Of a stretch of 64,000 bases of DNA, positions 23,792 through 36,185 are shown piece by piece. Under the pieces are notes generated by a model, which saw only the letters and a program-made list of their open reading frames with translations, was not told the origin of the DNA and did not search any database. The translations under genes and the position numbers were made by a program. The first letter of the stretch is position 1, and each line of letters opens with the position of its first letter. Source of the stretch: Styela clava (taxonomy: Eukaryota). The DNA lies in contig NC_135263.1 in assembly GCF_964204865.1 (NCBI RefSeq), positions 15,934,001-15,998,000 on the forward strand, written 5' to 3'.

Positions 23792-26700
23792 TAACTAACC
23801 ATCTTATATTATGTGTGTATATTGCAGGTACCACCATCATCCCTTATAATAAATACCGTATTTTAAGAAAGTGAATTATCATTTATGATGAAAGCTTTTG
23901 TGGATTAAATATATCGTCATCTTACAACATTTTATTCATTGAAAATCAACAAAGCCAAGAGTAGTGCCAGTTGAGAGTGCCCTGTTGATGGGTGTGAATG
24001 GATGTCACAGGACTTTGATGCAGCTTTAGCGGATGTCTTAACCGCCGCTCTCCAACTACATGGCAGGACAGCCCACAGCCCACCGACGGCAGCAACACCT
24101 ATCCCGAAGCTCAAGTTTGATCCCCCATATTATCTACGGGGTGCGACCCAGAACAATGGTCTGCTTTCAAAAGACAATGGGATATGTACAAGATTGGGAT
24201 GTGTATCACATATAATATGATCCCTACAGCATTATTTCATTGTTGCGTCCAAGAACTGAGGTCAGACATCATGAGAGACATACAAGAGAATGTGGCACAC
24301 ATGTCGGAAGACAATCTGCTATCTGCAATTAAGCGCCTTGCTGTAAAGGACGAGAGAACGCTTGTCTACAGGATGAAATTGAGCAAGATGACTCAATGAC
24401 CTGGAACTAGCGTTCGTATTTTTCTGACCAATCTTCGAGGACAAGCTGCTTTATGTAATTACATAGCAAAATGTAAACAAGCTGGTGGTTATCACACATT
24501 TGGCTATAGCCACGAGATTATCAAAGACAACTTGGTGAGAGGAATTGCTGACCATGTGATCTTAGCGGACTTATTGGGAGATTCCAAAACTGACATGACT
24601 CTTGACGAAACTGTCTCATTTATAGCTCAAAAGGAACAGGGAAAAATTACCAAGTTCGCTGTTGGAGTGTCAGCTGATAACATGTCGAGCGGCAAGCAAA
24701 AGAAAGTCAGCGAAATGTTGGGCATGTGGAAATGCAGCTCACGGACCACGTAATGACATCAGTACCAGATCCAAGAAATGACAGACTTGGTCCTCAGTAT
24801 GTGCTAAATGTGGCAATAAGGGTCTTTACACAGCAATGTGCAGCGAGTGCATTCATTGTGATTCTTGGGGTCAGAGGAACCGCTCGTCAAGAAATTGCTC
24901 ACGCAGCAGGAGAAACAAGCAGTTTGGAAACAGCAGTTCATCGGATGGAAAACTCTCACTATCCCCATATCAATATGAGACAGCAGGAACGTTTGAGACA
25001 CTGTGGCCAGTCGAAAACTTGGCACAAAACAAAACAATGTCTTGACATCCCATCGAAGCCACATCCTATGGTCCAGGCAACATTAACGCCACTGCCTTCT
25101 GAACATGCTAAATTTGGGCATGGAATCAAGTGCACTAAAAATTTGAAAGCCACAATGATGCCTATGGTAGCCGACACGGGATGCCAGAGCACGATCATAC
25201 CATCAGCCTCAGCATTTGCCATGGGATTCAGTCGCAGTGATTTGTTGCCTGTCAAACTGGTACTGCATGGAGCCATCAAGGAAAACCTTGGTGTTATCGG
25301 GGCAGTCATCGTGGGCGTGACAATTAAGGACAACATAGGACAAACCCGATCAACGAAAATGTTTTGCTATGTGGTGATATAATGCAAAAAGCTTTCATTT
25401 GCAGGGAGGCATTGGTAGACATAGATGCAATCCTATGCGACTTCCCATCAGTACCTGCTGCAGATCACATAACGGATGTGTTAATACCGCCATACATATG
25501 AACAGGTTGATGAAGCCGCATGCCACTCTTGCCTAAAAAGAACCAGCAAACCGCCACCTATACCGGAGAATCGACCACAAAGCCTCTCAGCCACAGGGGA
25601 GGATGTTGATGCCCTGAAGGAATGGCTAATCAACTACTACGGTTCTACTACTTTTAATGTATGTAAACATCAACCTCTTCCGTTGATGAATTGTAAGCCA
25701 TTACACTTACACATAGACCCGAGTGCGAAACCAGTGGCAGTTCACGAACCTGCTTTGGTACCTGTTCATTGGGCAGAAAACGTCAAGTCAGATCTGGAGA
25801 GAGATGTGCGTATTGGTGTGTTGGAACGGGTTAGCACAAACACCCCTATCACATGGTGCTCACGCATGGTGGTGATCGGTAAGGTGGACGGATCCCCGCG
25901 TCGTACAGTTGACCTCCAACCACAAAATCGAGCCTCCGTTCGGCAGACTCATCATGTTCCCACACCCTTCCACTTATCGGACCGTGTACCTCAAGGAACT
26001 ATCAAAACGGTCACCGACGCTGTGCCAATTCGAGAAAAGGATCGTCATATCACTACATCCATAACGACATGGGGTCGTTTCCAGTATAAAGTTGTACCAC
26101 AAGGTTTCCTGGCGAGTGGCGATGCATATAACCAGCGGTACGACGCAATCATATCAGACTTCTCAAACAAAGTCAAATGTGTTGATGATACATGCATGTG
26201 GGCGTTTTTAATAGAGGATTCATTTTTTCAGGCATGTCGGTGGCTCGACCTATGTGCTCGCAATGGCATTACCTCAACCCTAAAAAAATTCAATTTGCAC
26301 AGGGAGACCGTTGATTTCGCTGGACTAACAGTTACTCCGACGAATATTCGTCGTAGTGCAAAATTGTTGGATGCAATTAGGAACTTCCCAATTCTCAAGG
26401 ATATCACTGGGGCTCGAGCGTGGTCTGGATTGGTAAGTCAAGGAGCTTACGCGTTTGCAATTGCCAGACAAATAAAACCATTCATAAATTTACTGAAGCC
26501 TCCAGTGAAATTCACGTGAACTGGGGAACTAGACAACCTCTTCCGTCAGTCAAAAGATATTATCATCAGAGGAATAATGGATGGAGTTAGACTGTTCAAT
26601 CTTGGCAGGCCAACATACCTGGCTACAGATTGGTCAATTGATGAAATTGGGTTCTTCATGATGCAGAAGTATTGCTATTGCAAAGCTCGCACACCTGCAT

Positions 26701-26978
26701 GTTGCCCTGACGGCTGGAAATTGTGCTCGGTGGGGAGCCGGTTCACACATCCAGCTGAGAGCAGGTACGCTCCGATTGAAGGGGAGGCCCTAGCTGTGGC
26801 ATATGCACTACATCAGATACGTTACTACATTTTGGGATGCGGAGATCTAATAGTTGCGACTGACTACAAACCATTGGTCCAGGTTCTCAACGATCGATCC
26901 CTAGCTGATATTAGTAACAAAAGACTATTGAGCTTGGAAGAGAAAATGTTGCCATTCACATTCACCATTTTGCATGTT
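23792..26978 (+). mobile_element. Ty3/Gypsy (Mag-like) element B, 5' half: 5' LTR, gag, protease, RT, RNase H
   Basis: LTR 23792-23885, gag remnants, protease VADTGCQS. RT ORF 25683-26519 (WCSRMVV...RRTVDL, PQGF, KCVDD). RNase H LATDWS...RYAPIEGEALAV...TDYKPL, ending FTFTILHV at the Copia B LTR. Confidence 0.92.
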
Positions 26979-26991
26979 AACATGTCACCAT

Positions 26992-28484
26992 TGTTAACTT
27001 GTGTGTTCTCATTTACATTTTATCCAGGTGATTGTCATCCTGAGATAACTGTACTTTAATTCTATTCTCACTCTTTAACTGACCAATGACAGCACAGCAT
27101 GATGGTAGAGCATTGTGGCTAAAACCACTGAAACATGCTTCCTGAGTATTAATACTGTCATGCTGGTCTCTAGAGGTCATTCAGTACTTTGTGGTGTAGC
27201 AGAGGCAACATGTGTCTTATGTCTGACTTTATATTCTGCTATTTGCGGTGACAACTGATCTGTTTTTGTTAAGTATTGCTTGTGTTCAATAAAACGTTAA
27301 TTTTCACCAATAAACAAATGGTAGCAGAGGAAAACTAAATATGGAGCATAGATACAAGAATCCTCCAGTTTTTGAAGAAAGCAAACTTTACAGTCAGTGG
27401 AAAAATGAAGTGTCAGTGTAAACTTTACAGTCAGTGGAAAAATGAAGTGTCAGTGTGGACATTGGTTACAAGTCTTCCAAAGCCTAAACATGCTATTGCT
27501 GTTGCTTTATCTCTGACTGGGAAAGCCAAAGAAACAGTCAAGAAGATTGCTGCAGAAGAGTTGAACAAAGATGACGGTATGTCAACTCTGCTAGAGAAAT
27601 TGGATGCAGTTTATGAAAGAGATAAAGTCGATCAGGCATATGATGCGTACCAGAGAGAGAACAGAGAGAAAATGTCAGAGACTACATTTCGAGATTCGAG
27701 AGGCTGTATAAGAAGTTTGAAATAACCTTGCCAGATTCTGTATTGGCGTATAAACTTCTTGAAGGTGCTGAACTGAGTCAACACGATAAACGACTTGTTT
27801 TAACAGCAACCAGTAAACTGGAGTACGAAAGCATAAAATCTTCTCGGAAAATAATTTTTGGGGAAAGCCTGAATCCTAAGTCAACTTCTGCTGATTTTAA
27901 AGATGAACCACTCTATATCTCTGGAAAAGATTTGTATAAAAGAAAAGGTCCTCAAAAAATGAATCCTCTGCGGAAAGATGGCTCTGTTAGCCGTTGGGCT
28001 GTATGTCGATCAATTTATCATTGGGTCAAAGATTGCCCTCAGAAAGAGCAGCGGAACCAATTGAAATTCAGTTGTGCAATTTGTAAATCCAATCAACATT
28101 ATACTACAAGGTGCCCTCACAAGGTAGATAAATTCAGAAGCGGAAGCTGTTAACGAAGATGAGCTTGTCAGTATCACACTATTATCAAATGGTCGAAATA
28201 GACTGGTAGATGAAACAAGAGGATGTGCAGTAATTGATTCGGGTTGTACATCAACAGTTTGTGGAGAAGATTGGCTAGCGGACTACGTCGAATTATTGCC
28301 TCTAGATTTGCACTACAAAATTAAGCGAAAGGTGAGCTCCGTTACTTTTAAGTTTGATGATGGCAATAAAGTGCGATCAATTTATGCTATACGTTTGCCA
28401 ATACAGATATCGGGAATAGCATGCTACATAATTGCAAAGTCATTCCCAAATCGTTTCCCCTACTTCTGAGTAAAGAATCTTTAA
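26992..28484 (+). mobile_element. GalEa-like Copia B, 5' half: 5' LTR, PBS, gag, protease
   Basis: LTR 26992-27316. PBS TGGTAGCAGAG (tRNA-iMet type) at 27319-27329. ATG at 27341 gives MEHRYKNPPVFEESKLYSQWKNEV. A 38 bp tandem duplication frameshifts gag. Two zinc knuckles, protease AVIDSGC. Stops at PLLLSKESLK, on TTAA 28481-28484. Confidence 0.92.
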
Positions 28485-29235
28485 AACCCTGCTACCCCGG
28501 CATGAGACTTAACTACAATATAAATATGGCTCTAATATGATTGGTCAGTAAGAGTTAACATTCTTTATGTACACGTCTTATTATGGACTTAACTCAAAAC
28601 AAAACCAATAAGACATTTTCGCGCCTTTTTCAAGCATGATATAGGCTCGTCCGAGTGTTTTTGCACCCGGGTTGTGGTCACTCCTTTTTTGCATATTTCC
28701 AATTTTACGAGTTTTATATCTGTAAATATTTGAAAGCTAAGAAACTTACAAAGGAATACGTTATTACTTGAAAGAAAGTAATTTGCGCGGCCGACCGCTC
28801 ATTTTCCTCGCGTAAACACGCACTAATAATTACCCGCACAATAATAAACAAACAAGAACTGCGTTGACTTCACAAATATACCGCTACTTTACTTGGCAGC
28901 TGTTTACGCTACACCATTGCCTGTTATATCATTTTGTTAGGAAAACAAACAGCGAAACGACTATTACGCTTGCGAGAGATTGTTGTTGTCATAAGTAACG
29001 GTTCAACGGCCATAAAGGAGAGAGTTTCGAATGTTTGTTTACTATCGTCGATGAATTTTCTCACGTACGCAAAATTTCGTACATGGAGCGGTCCATTAGC
29101 GACCTCTTGCGTATAGAAGACAATAATACGATTCAAACAAGCCTTCAATGGCCTTTCAAGCCATCTTGGGTAGGTGACAAATACTAATTAAAAATATTTT
29201 AAAAATTTGACTAGGAAGTGGCGGGATAAGGAGGT
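28485..29235. mobile_element. TTAA-flanked non-autonomous DNA transposon (piggyBac-like, degenerate TIRs)
   Basis: TTAA at 28481-28484 and 29236-29239. Ends are AACCCTGCTACCCCGGC and GCGGGATAAGGAGGT (weak inverted similarity). Copia coding sequence stops exactly at each TTAA. Confidence 0.55.
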
Positions 29236-31203
29236 TTAATTGTACAAACCCATCTTGTTGAAATTGTCTTTTGGCCAACATTATTTACAACTTTATATAC
29301 GTTATTACATTTCCAACTTTCTAAACCCTTTATTTTGCTTTAAGAAATGAAACATCTTCAACATGCAAAACATTTTCTTGATCATGATCAGGTTCTCTAT
29401 GACTCGAAGATTTGTTACTTTTGAAATGTCTATACTAGCTTGATCACCAGCCAAATTCTCTGGCTTCTTGTATTTCACATTGAACCAATCACTGTATTTA
29501 CCAGTGGCTTTTCCAGCTCTACCAAGAACTTTAGCAAAATTTCATCATCTTGTGGACAAAAATTGTATTGTTTGACCAGATTTGAGTACAATCTTCCTAA
29601 CTGTTTCAGTTCTTTCAAAATTTCTATCTCTGTCAGGTGAATTGGAAGAGTCAATTATTTCTTCCTGTCCATCATCGCTTTAGTACCCTTGAATTCGAGA
29701 AAAAGATTTTGCGTCAGAATTTTCAGGCTCACTTTTAACAGTAATTTCATAGTTGTTTTTATCAAGATTTTCAGGCGGAGAATGATTTGATTGCTTATTT
29801 GCATTATATATCTGAAGCCGACACTTATGTAATCTAACATCACAACCACCACGTCTAATGAATACAATAGCACCATCGGAACCAATCACTATACCAGGCC
29901 CTTTCCATTCATTGGATTCTTCACTTTTATAATACACTTTGTCACCAGTTACATATTCAAAATTCATATGAGAACTAGTTTGTTTCCTCAGAACCCGTCT
30001 GACTCTTTCACTACTTTCAGCCTCAATAAATGCTTTTCGTGACATATGTAAGGCATTCAAATGATTTCCAACAACTTGACTCATTGTTAAATTTGACTCA
30101 CCCACTTTAAAGCGGTCTTCCAATCGAACGGTTGTTCTTTTCGTACTTTTAAACATTATTTCAGTAAGCACCCCATTGTGCCTCTCCAGAATGCCATTAC
30201 TCCACGGACTTTCTGCCGCTGTCGTTTTGATCTCTATCCCGAAATTTTCGGCCATGTCACGAAACTCAGAGTTATTAAATTCACCCCCATTATCGGTTGA
30301 GATTTTTCTTGGAGTACTATATACACTTATCCAATGATCAATAAAGTGATTGACAATAACTTTGGAACTTTTTGATGATATGATGGACCCAGCACTCAAT
30401 CGGGTGAACAAATTAATACTGTGCATGTACCATAAATTGGAATCCAACTTGTGCAAATCTATCGCAACTTTTTCATTAAACACACTAGCAAGCGGCAAAC
30501 TGGCAGCCGGTCTAGGTGGAGTTTTCTTAAACTTTTTACATATAGCGCAGTTGTCACAGGTTTATTTCAATAACTCAAATATAGAATTGTGAGAGTGGCC
30601 CGCCTTTTCTAAAAGATTCTTGAGTTTTGCATATGAAGAATGTCCTAACTGCTTATGCAACTTTATTAAATGCATTTTCGCCTCATTTTTAGTGTAACCA
30701 TCTTTCAAGAAAAGAATTCTATCTTCAATTTCATTACCAATCTTAATTGGTAATATTTTTATACAGTAGTGCTTACTATCGGTTGTTCTTATTCCAACAC
30801 TTCGACCAAACATCGTAATTTTATCATTTTCAAAATTTATGATTGTTTTCGCTCTCTTTAAAGACTCAGAAGTAGGGGAGGCGATTTGGGAATGACTTTG
30901 CAATTTATGTAGCATGCTATTCCCGATATCTGTATTGGCAAACGTATAGCATAAATAGATCGCACTTTATTGCCATCACCAAACTTAAGAGTAACGAAGC
31001 ACACCTTTCGCTTAATTTTGTCATGCAAATCTGGAGGCAATAGTTCGAAGTAGTCCGCTAGCCAATCTTCTCCACAAACTGTTGATGTCCCGAATCAATT
31101 ACTGCACATCCTCTTGTTTCATTTACCAGTCTATTTCGACCATTTGATAATAGTGTGATATTGACAAGCTCATCTTCGTTAACAGCTTCCACTTCTGAAT
31201 TGA
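29236..31203 (-). mobile_element. Second copy (internal fragment) of GalEa-like Copia B: gag end, protease, integrase, start of RT
   Basis: Near-identical to 28130-28484 (inverted) and 6567-7549 (direct). Integrase ORF 29680-30498 (TDNGGEF, SPWSNGILERHN). Ends at RT motif GQKTISTRWVCTIK on the TTAA. Confidence 0.9.
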
Positions 31204-32602
31204 TCTTCCTTGTGAGAGCACCTTCGAGTGGAAACTTACAGTGCAATTGATAGTGCAGTAGTCATATCACCCTTCGAGACGTCTTCCTTAAATGGTTTAA
31301 AAATGGATAATTCTAACTTTAAATATTGCGGACTGATCTTCCTACTCTCATGTTAGTTGGAATAATAATGAATAATGGCTCCATTAGTCATTAGAATGGT
31401 CTCCTCCGTAGAAGAATGTCGGGGTATCATATAGACAGGGGGTTTGGTTTTTGGAACAGTGCGTTAGGATCTATGCGAAATTTTGAGAAAGAAGGTAACG
31501 AGGGTGATACAGATGAAATTGGAGCACAGAATCTGTATAAAAGAAAATGGAAAGATGCACACGATAGATCGACATGTGCTGTGTGAAATCGAAAAAATTC
31601 AGTTGCTCAAACCGACAGGTAGAAGTGATATAACTAGTTGGAAGAAAACCTTGGAATTGTGCGCACCCGCTTGCAAATTGCACAACTCAGAAAATGGAGG
31701 GTGGGCCAGGTCCATGCAAATATATACCGTGTACCGCGCCAAACACCCCTGTGTTTGAATCAGATAATATATTTGAACAACTAGAACAGAAACGTGGGAT
31801 GATTTTGTTTTCCTGATATTGAAGTGTACATAGAAAATGTAATAGATAATCTGTACAACACGAAACTCAATGATAAGAAGTAATACACACTCACTCAGTT
31901 TCGTACACTTAATCTGGGACCGCATCACAAATATTTACATTGTTTGGCCGAGCTGCTATAAAAATATCCCTTGAACGCAGCAACATGTTATTAAAAGAGT
32001 GCTTGTTGTCTTTGTTTGTGCTTTTCCAAGGTATTGTTCATAGAACTGTTTAATAAAATAAAAACGTCAATCGGCAAGAACGGCAATCTTCCAAATAATT
32101 CATTAAAGTGATTTAACTTTATATAACTGGTTTAACCCTGGAATATTTCAGCTTTCTCCCAATGCCGAAAAATCTAGTGATTGATAATTAAAAATCTGTA
32201 TCTCCCGATACCAAAATTTATTATTCAGTCGCTTCGAAATCCCAATTTAGGTGTAAAATCCCCTTAGTGCATCGATGGAAATCATTAGACTTGGTTGTTG
32301 AGGTGAGAATGATTCGAATCTAATTGATTTAGTCCGGAGTTATCGAGGTTGAATAAAAAAATTCGCGGGGTTATTCAGGAATGCCATTGCCAAACTTTCA
32401 ACATTCAGAAACTTTATTCCAACTCGTGATACATCAAAACAGACACAAGCCAACGTATGTTTGAGATTTGATTAGAAGATTTTTCGAGAATTCGCTTAAA
32501 ACGTTACGTAATACTGTTTTGTGATATCATAAATGATAACATTTTTGACATATTCCGGTTAGATCCGTCTCTATCGTTGCAACTCTGTCATGCAAAGTAA
32601 AT

Positions 32603-33319
32603 GTCGAAGATAAGTAAAGCACAACCGATGTACAGCAAAACGATTCAATTTGCCGACGTTTCGAATTTTTATTCATTCTATTTCTAAAACTTCATCAGGG
32701 CATGATATTAAGAGTACACTGTTGTATATATAGAGAGCAAAAAAGGAAAGATGAAAAATTAACACAGCGTGAAAAATTGAAAAAGGGGATAATATGATAA
32801 TAGATCCGAGTGAATTAGCGCAAGTTCAAACAAATATGCGACTATCTGGAGTCTAAACATTGACTTATACACATGCGGGAACAATGTAGTCTCTTTATCG
32901 TTCATTGAATTTTTCTCTTTGTTAATGTGATATGATTCGAGAAATAGTCTTTTCCTGTAGTGAATTTCATTTTATAATATCCTGCTGTTTTCCCAATCAA
33001 TGCTGTGATCTGTAGAAAGGACATGTTTCGAGAGGGACAGATTTCTACAGATATAACTTGCGATAACTCACTCGGATCCATTATCATATTGTCCCCCTTT
33101 TCAATTTTTCACGATGCGTTAGTTTTTTACCTTTTCTTTTTTGCTCTATATATATATATATATATATAAATACGATAGTGTACTCTTCATATCGTGCCCT
33201 GATGAAGTTTTTCTGGATAGAAATTTGAAACGTCACCAAATTAAATCGTTTTGCTATATATACACCGGTTGTGCTACACTTATCTTTGACATGAATATAC
33301 CTGGTGGAAATCATGCGCT
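32603..33319 (-). mobile_element. 5'-truncated Penelope-like element (Poseidon-type GIY-YIG C-terminus) with inverted pLTRs, each carrying a hammerhead motif
   Basis: The minus strand ~33045-32850 reads KSVLSKHVLSTDHSIDWENSRIL*NEIHYRKRLFLESYHINKEKNSMND. pLTRs ~32603-32826 and ~33056-33292 are inverted copies. 13 bp flanking duplication ATGCAAAGTAAAT (32590-32602, 33320-33332). Confidence 0.85.
33190..33240 (+). ncRNA. Minimal type I hammerhead ribozyme motif in Penelope pLTR (second copy on minus strand at ~32650-32702)
   Basis: CTGATGA-A-GTTTTTC-TGGATA-GAAATTT-GAAAC-GTC. The minus copy reads CTGATGA-A-GTTTT...AAAATTC-GAAAC-GTC. Stem I is poorly preserved. Confidence 0.6.
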
Positions 33320-33750
33320 ATGCAAAGTAAATATTTACAAATACTCATAATAATCAAATATTCCAACACAAAACCTACTGGAATCGCTATTTGTTTGCAC
33401 AACACAAACATATTTATAGCTCATGACTCGAGTTGGGAAAACCCTAACAAATTTAGTTTCATGGGTACATTGAGCTTAGGTAGCCTACAGATAAAAGATT
33501 ACAAATTTGGCCTGAAATACCAATATTTTAATGCGATATCTGGACATGCTTCCATGTGAACAAGCTCTCTATCCTTGCAAGAATTGAGGAAAAACGAACA
33601 GACGGTTAGTTCTTCTCACCGGATACTCATTTTATGATTTCAAATATCTTATCATCATACTAAGAGTGTGTGATATTCCGTTTTGAATACCGTCGGCTAA
33701 CTAGAACTACTGGCAAATCTTAATAACCGAATACAATTTGTGATTCAATG

Positions 33751-34649
33751 CAGCGGTTACCAAAGGGTACGCCGCGGAGAGTTGCCGAATGCGCGAAAAT
33801 TACCAGAACCAAATTATATTTTAAGTATGGTGGAATATTTTATATATTTGACTAAATAAAAATGTTTTTCATTGTTTCTCATTTTAAATGCTGTGTACGT
33901 ATACCAATAAATTCATTTTACTTCTTTATGTCGTTTACTTTGTTACGTAATTGTCTGTCTCTATTGTTACGTAACAATAGAGATAGACACTACTACACAC
34001 TACAATTTTGTGGGGTGCAGTTTATTTATCTGCTGAACCAAGTTTAGCGAACATGAATGATTTTTCCAGCATTTCAAAGGAAAATCAGGCAGAGATGAGA
34101 ATGAAGAGTTGACATTTTGATTTTTTTTCTCAGGTCTAAATGTTTACAAACTTTAAAAGACATAGAGTACACATTATCGATCGCAAAATTTAGTTTTATT
34201 TAAAAGCAGCATTTTTTTCGTGTGAGTACGCCCTGAGTTTTTTCCCCCTGATAATTTGGCGCAGATCGAACAAAAAGTTTGGGAATCGCTGTTATAATGT
34301 CTTAAAAACTCGAAATAAGATTTAGAAATTCCAGAGTTCGCGCTGTGTATTCTTCTTATCAAACAACAGATCCACTTTAAACAAATCTACGAACTCGGTG
34401 AATTTGTTATGATAAATATGTCAATCAAAATAAATTGAGAAACAACAATTCGGCGCGGATATTCAAAGATTTTCAAGTTCGCGCTGTGGATGTTTATTAT
34501 CAAACAACAGACTTTTTTACCAGAATCTTAAGCCAAATACGAACTTGGTGTAGTTGTAACCATAAATATGTCAGTCAGAATAAATCTAGGAACTCTAGTG
34601 TTTCGCGGAACACCCTCCCACGTGTGCTCCCAATGTTTGACAATTTCTA
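33751..34649. mobile_element. Degenerate hAT-type MITE with internal ~143 bp tandem duplication
   Basis: Starts CAGCGGTTACCAAA with CCGCGG subterminal motifs at both ends. GTTCGCGCTGTG...TTATCAAACAACAGA is repeated at ~34336 and ~34478. No clean TSD. Confidence 0.4.
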
Positions 34650-35177
34650 GTATGTATCATGTTTATTCGAGATAGCAGAAAGTTTTAGTTAAACGAAGAG
34701 TAAATATTTGTGTCTGATCAGTGCTGTCAGATTTTTTGGTGAACATTGTGCTGGAGTGAGTGTTTTGTGAAGATATTTCAAATAGTCGTTAATTGTATCA
34801 CAAGATTTTTATGTTTAATAGTCAGACTTATGTAAATTCTGTAAATCGATTTTCGAGTGAGAAGTACTGATGTATGATATATCTCATCAACCGCAATCAA
34901 TTTTCATTGAAGGGGTACATTGAAGGAGATGTAAAGTGAGGAGAGATTGTTTTACCTATCTTAAATGGTTCCGCATAGCAAATATCGCTCGTTAATTTTG
35001 CACTAAAGAAAAGGTAGTAAACGCCTGTACTAAAGTGACCTTGAAAATTTCAGAGAAACGATTATCTAATAACAAAAGTTGTAGTGAGAAAAACGTTTTT
35101 CATGTTTGAAACAGTAGTTTCTAAGTATAAAATCGCAATATTGAATTGACGAAAAATTTCACCACATTACTTGAAAG

Positions 35178-35357
35178 CAGTGGCGGGATTTAGATTTTTT
35201 TGTCAGCCGTTTCCATCCCAAAAGTCTTATTTTTCAGTCGGTTCTGTTACTAAATGTCATTGACAGTAACCAGTATTGCTAACCAGTTTGCTGATCTCAT
35301 AAAATTCCGTGAGACGGTTCTATAGAACCGGTGCGAACCGGCTAAATTCCACCACTG
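35178..35357. mobile_element. hAT (Tip100-like) MITE
   Basis: TIR CAGTGGCGGGATTTAG / CTAAATTCCACCACTG. 8 bp TSD CTTGAAAG (35170-35177, 35358-35365). Confidence 0.88.
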
Positions 35358-36185
35358 CTTGAAAGTATTTACTTAATTAAAAATTGTTGTCATGCGTTTT
35401 GCTTTTCTATTTGTTCTAACGTTTGTCGCATACGAACGAGAGATTATAATGTTTACTTGGAAATTAAAACACAATAGTGGGCTTTGGAAGTTTTTAGTGT
35501 TTGTTCCATTTTACGACAGATCTCAAATACTATGATTAAAGTTTTTTTTATAAAGAATTTTGCTCAAATCAAGGCCACTGAGCGAACTTACGGGCGTTCA
35601 TTAAATTGTCATAAGCTAACTATAAATCATGATAGGGTCAAGTATTGCGCGTTAGTAAACACTGATGAACGCAAGACTTAAGCAGTTCATTCATTTCAAT
35701 ACGACCAAGAAAGCAGTTGCGAGGTAGTGAGTTTCACATAACTGAAGTTCTTGAAAACCTTTTTTGTCTTGTAGGTATACTGACGGTGACAGGGAGAAAG
35801 CTCACAAGTTTGGCAAGTTGAAACTTTTTTAATAAAAGGACAATTACCGAAAGTTCAGAAGAACGCAGTCCCTTATATAATCTGTAAAATAAGCACACGA
35901 CGTAATATTTCTTGATGGAATAGAGTTTGCAGTTCGGACGCCAATCATATTTGATATTACATTTTGAATTCGATGGAGGCGGCTTAATGCGGTTATGGGA
36001 GCAACCCCAATAGGACAGCAATGCTATACGCATGGGCATATCAGTGATTTGTTCAAGCGGAATACGCACTCACAGGATAAATATCAGCAAGCACAGTATA
36101 GAAATCCAATTTTAATTTGCGAAATTTGAATAAATCATCAAGCTAGCCTAAAGATGTTCTACGACAGTAAAATGGCGTCGCTGCA

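Noticed and set aside
26971-26991. TSD for the Copia B insertion into Gypsy B
   Set aside because: The flanks (CATGTTAACATGTCACCAT versus GTCGA) give no clean 5 bp duplication. The nesting rests on reading-frame continuity instead.
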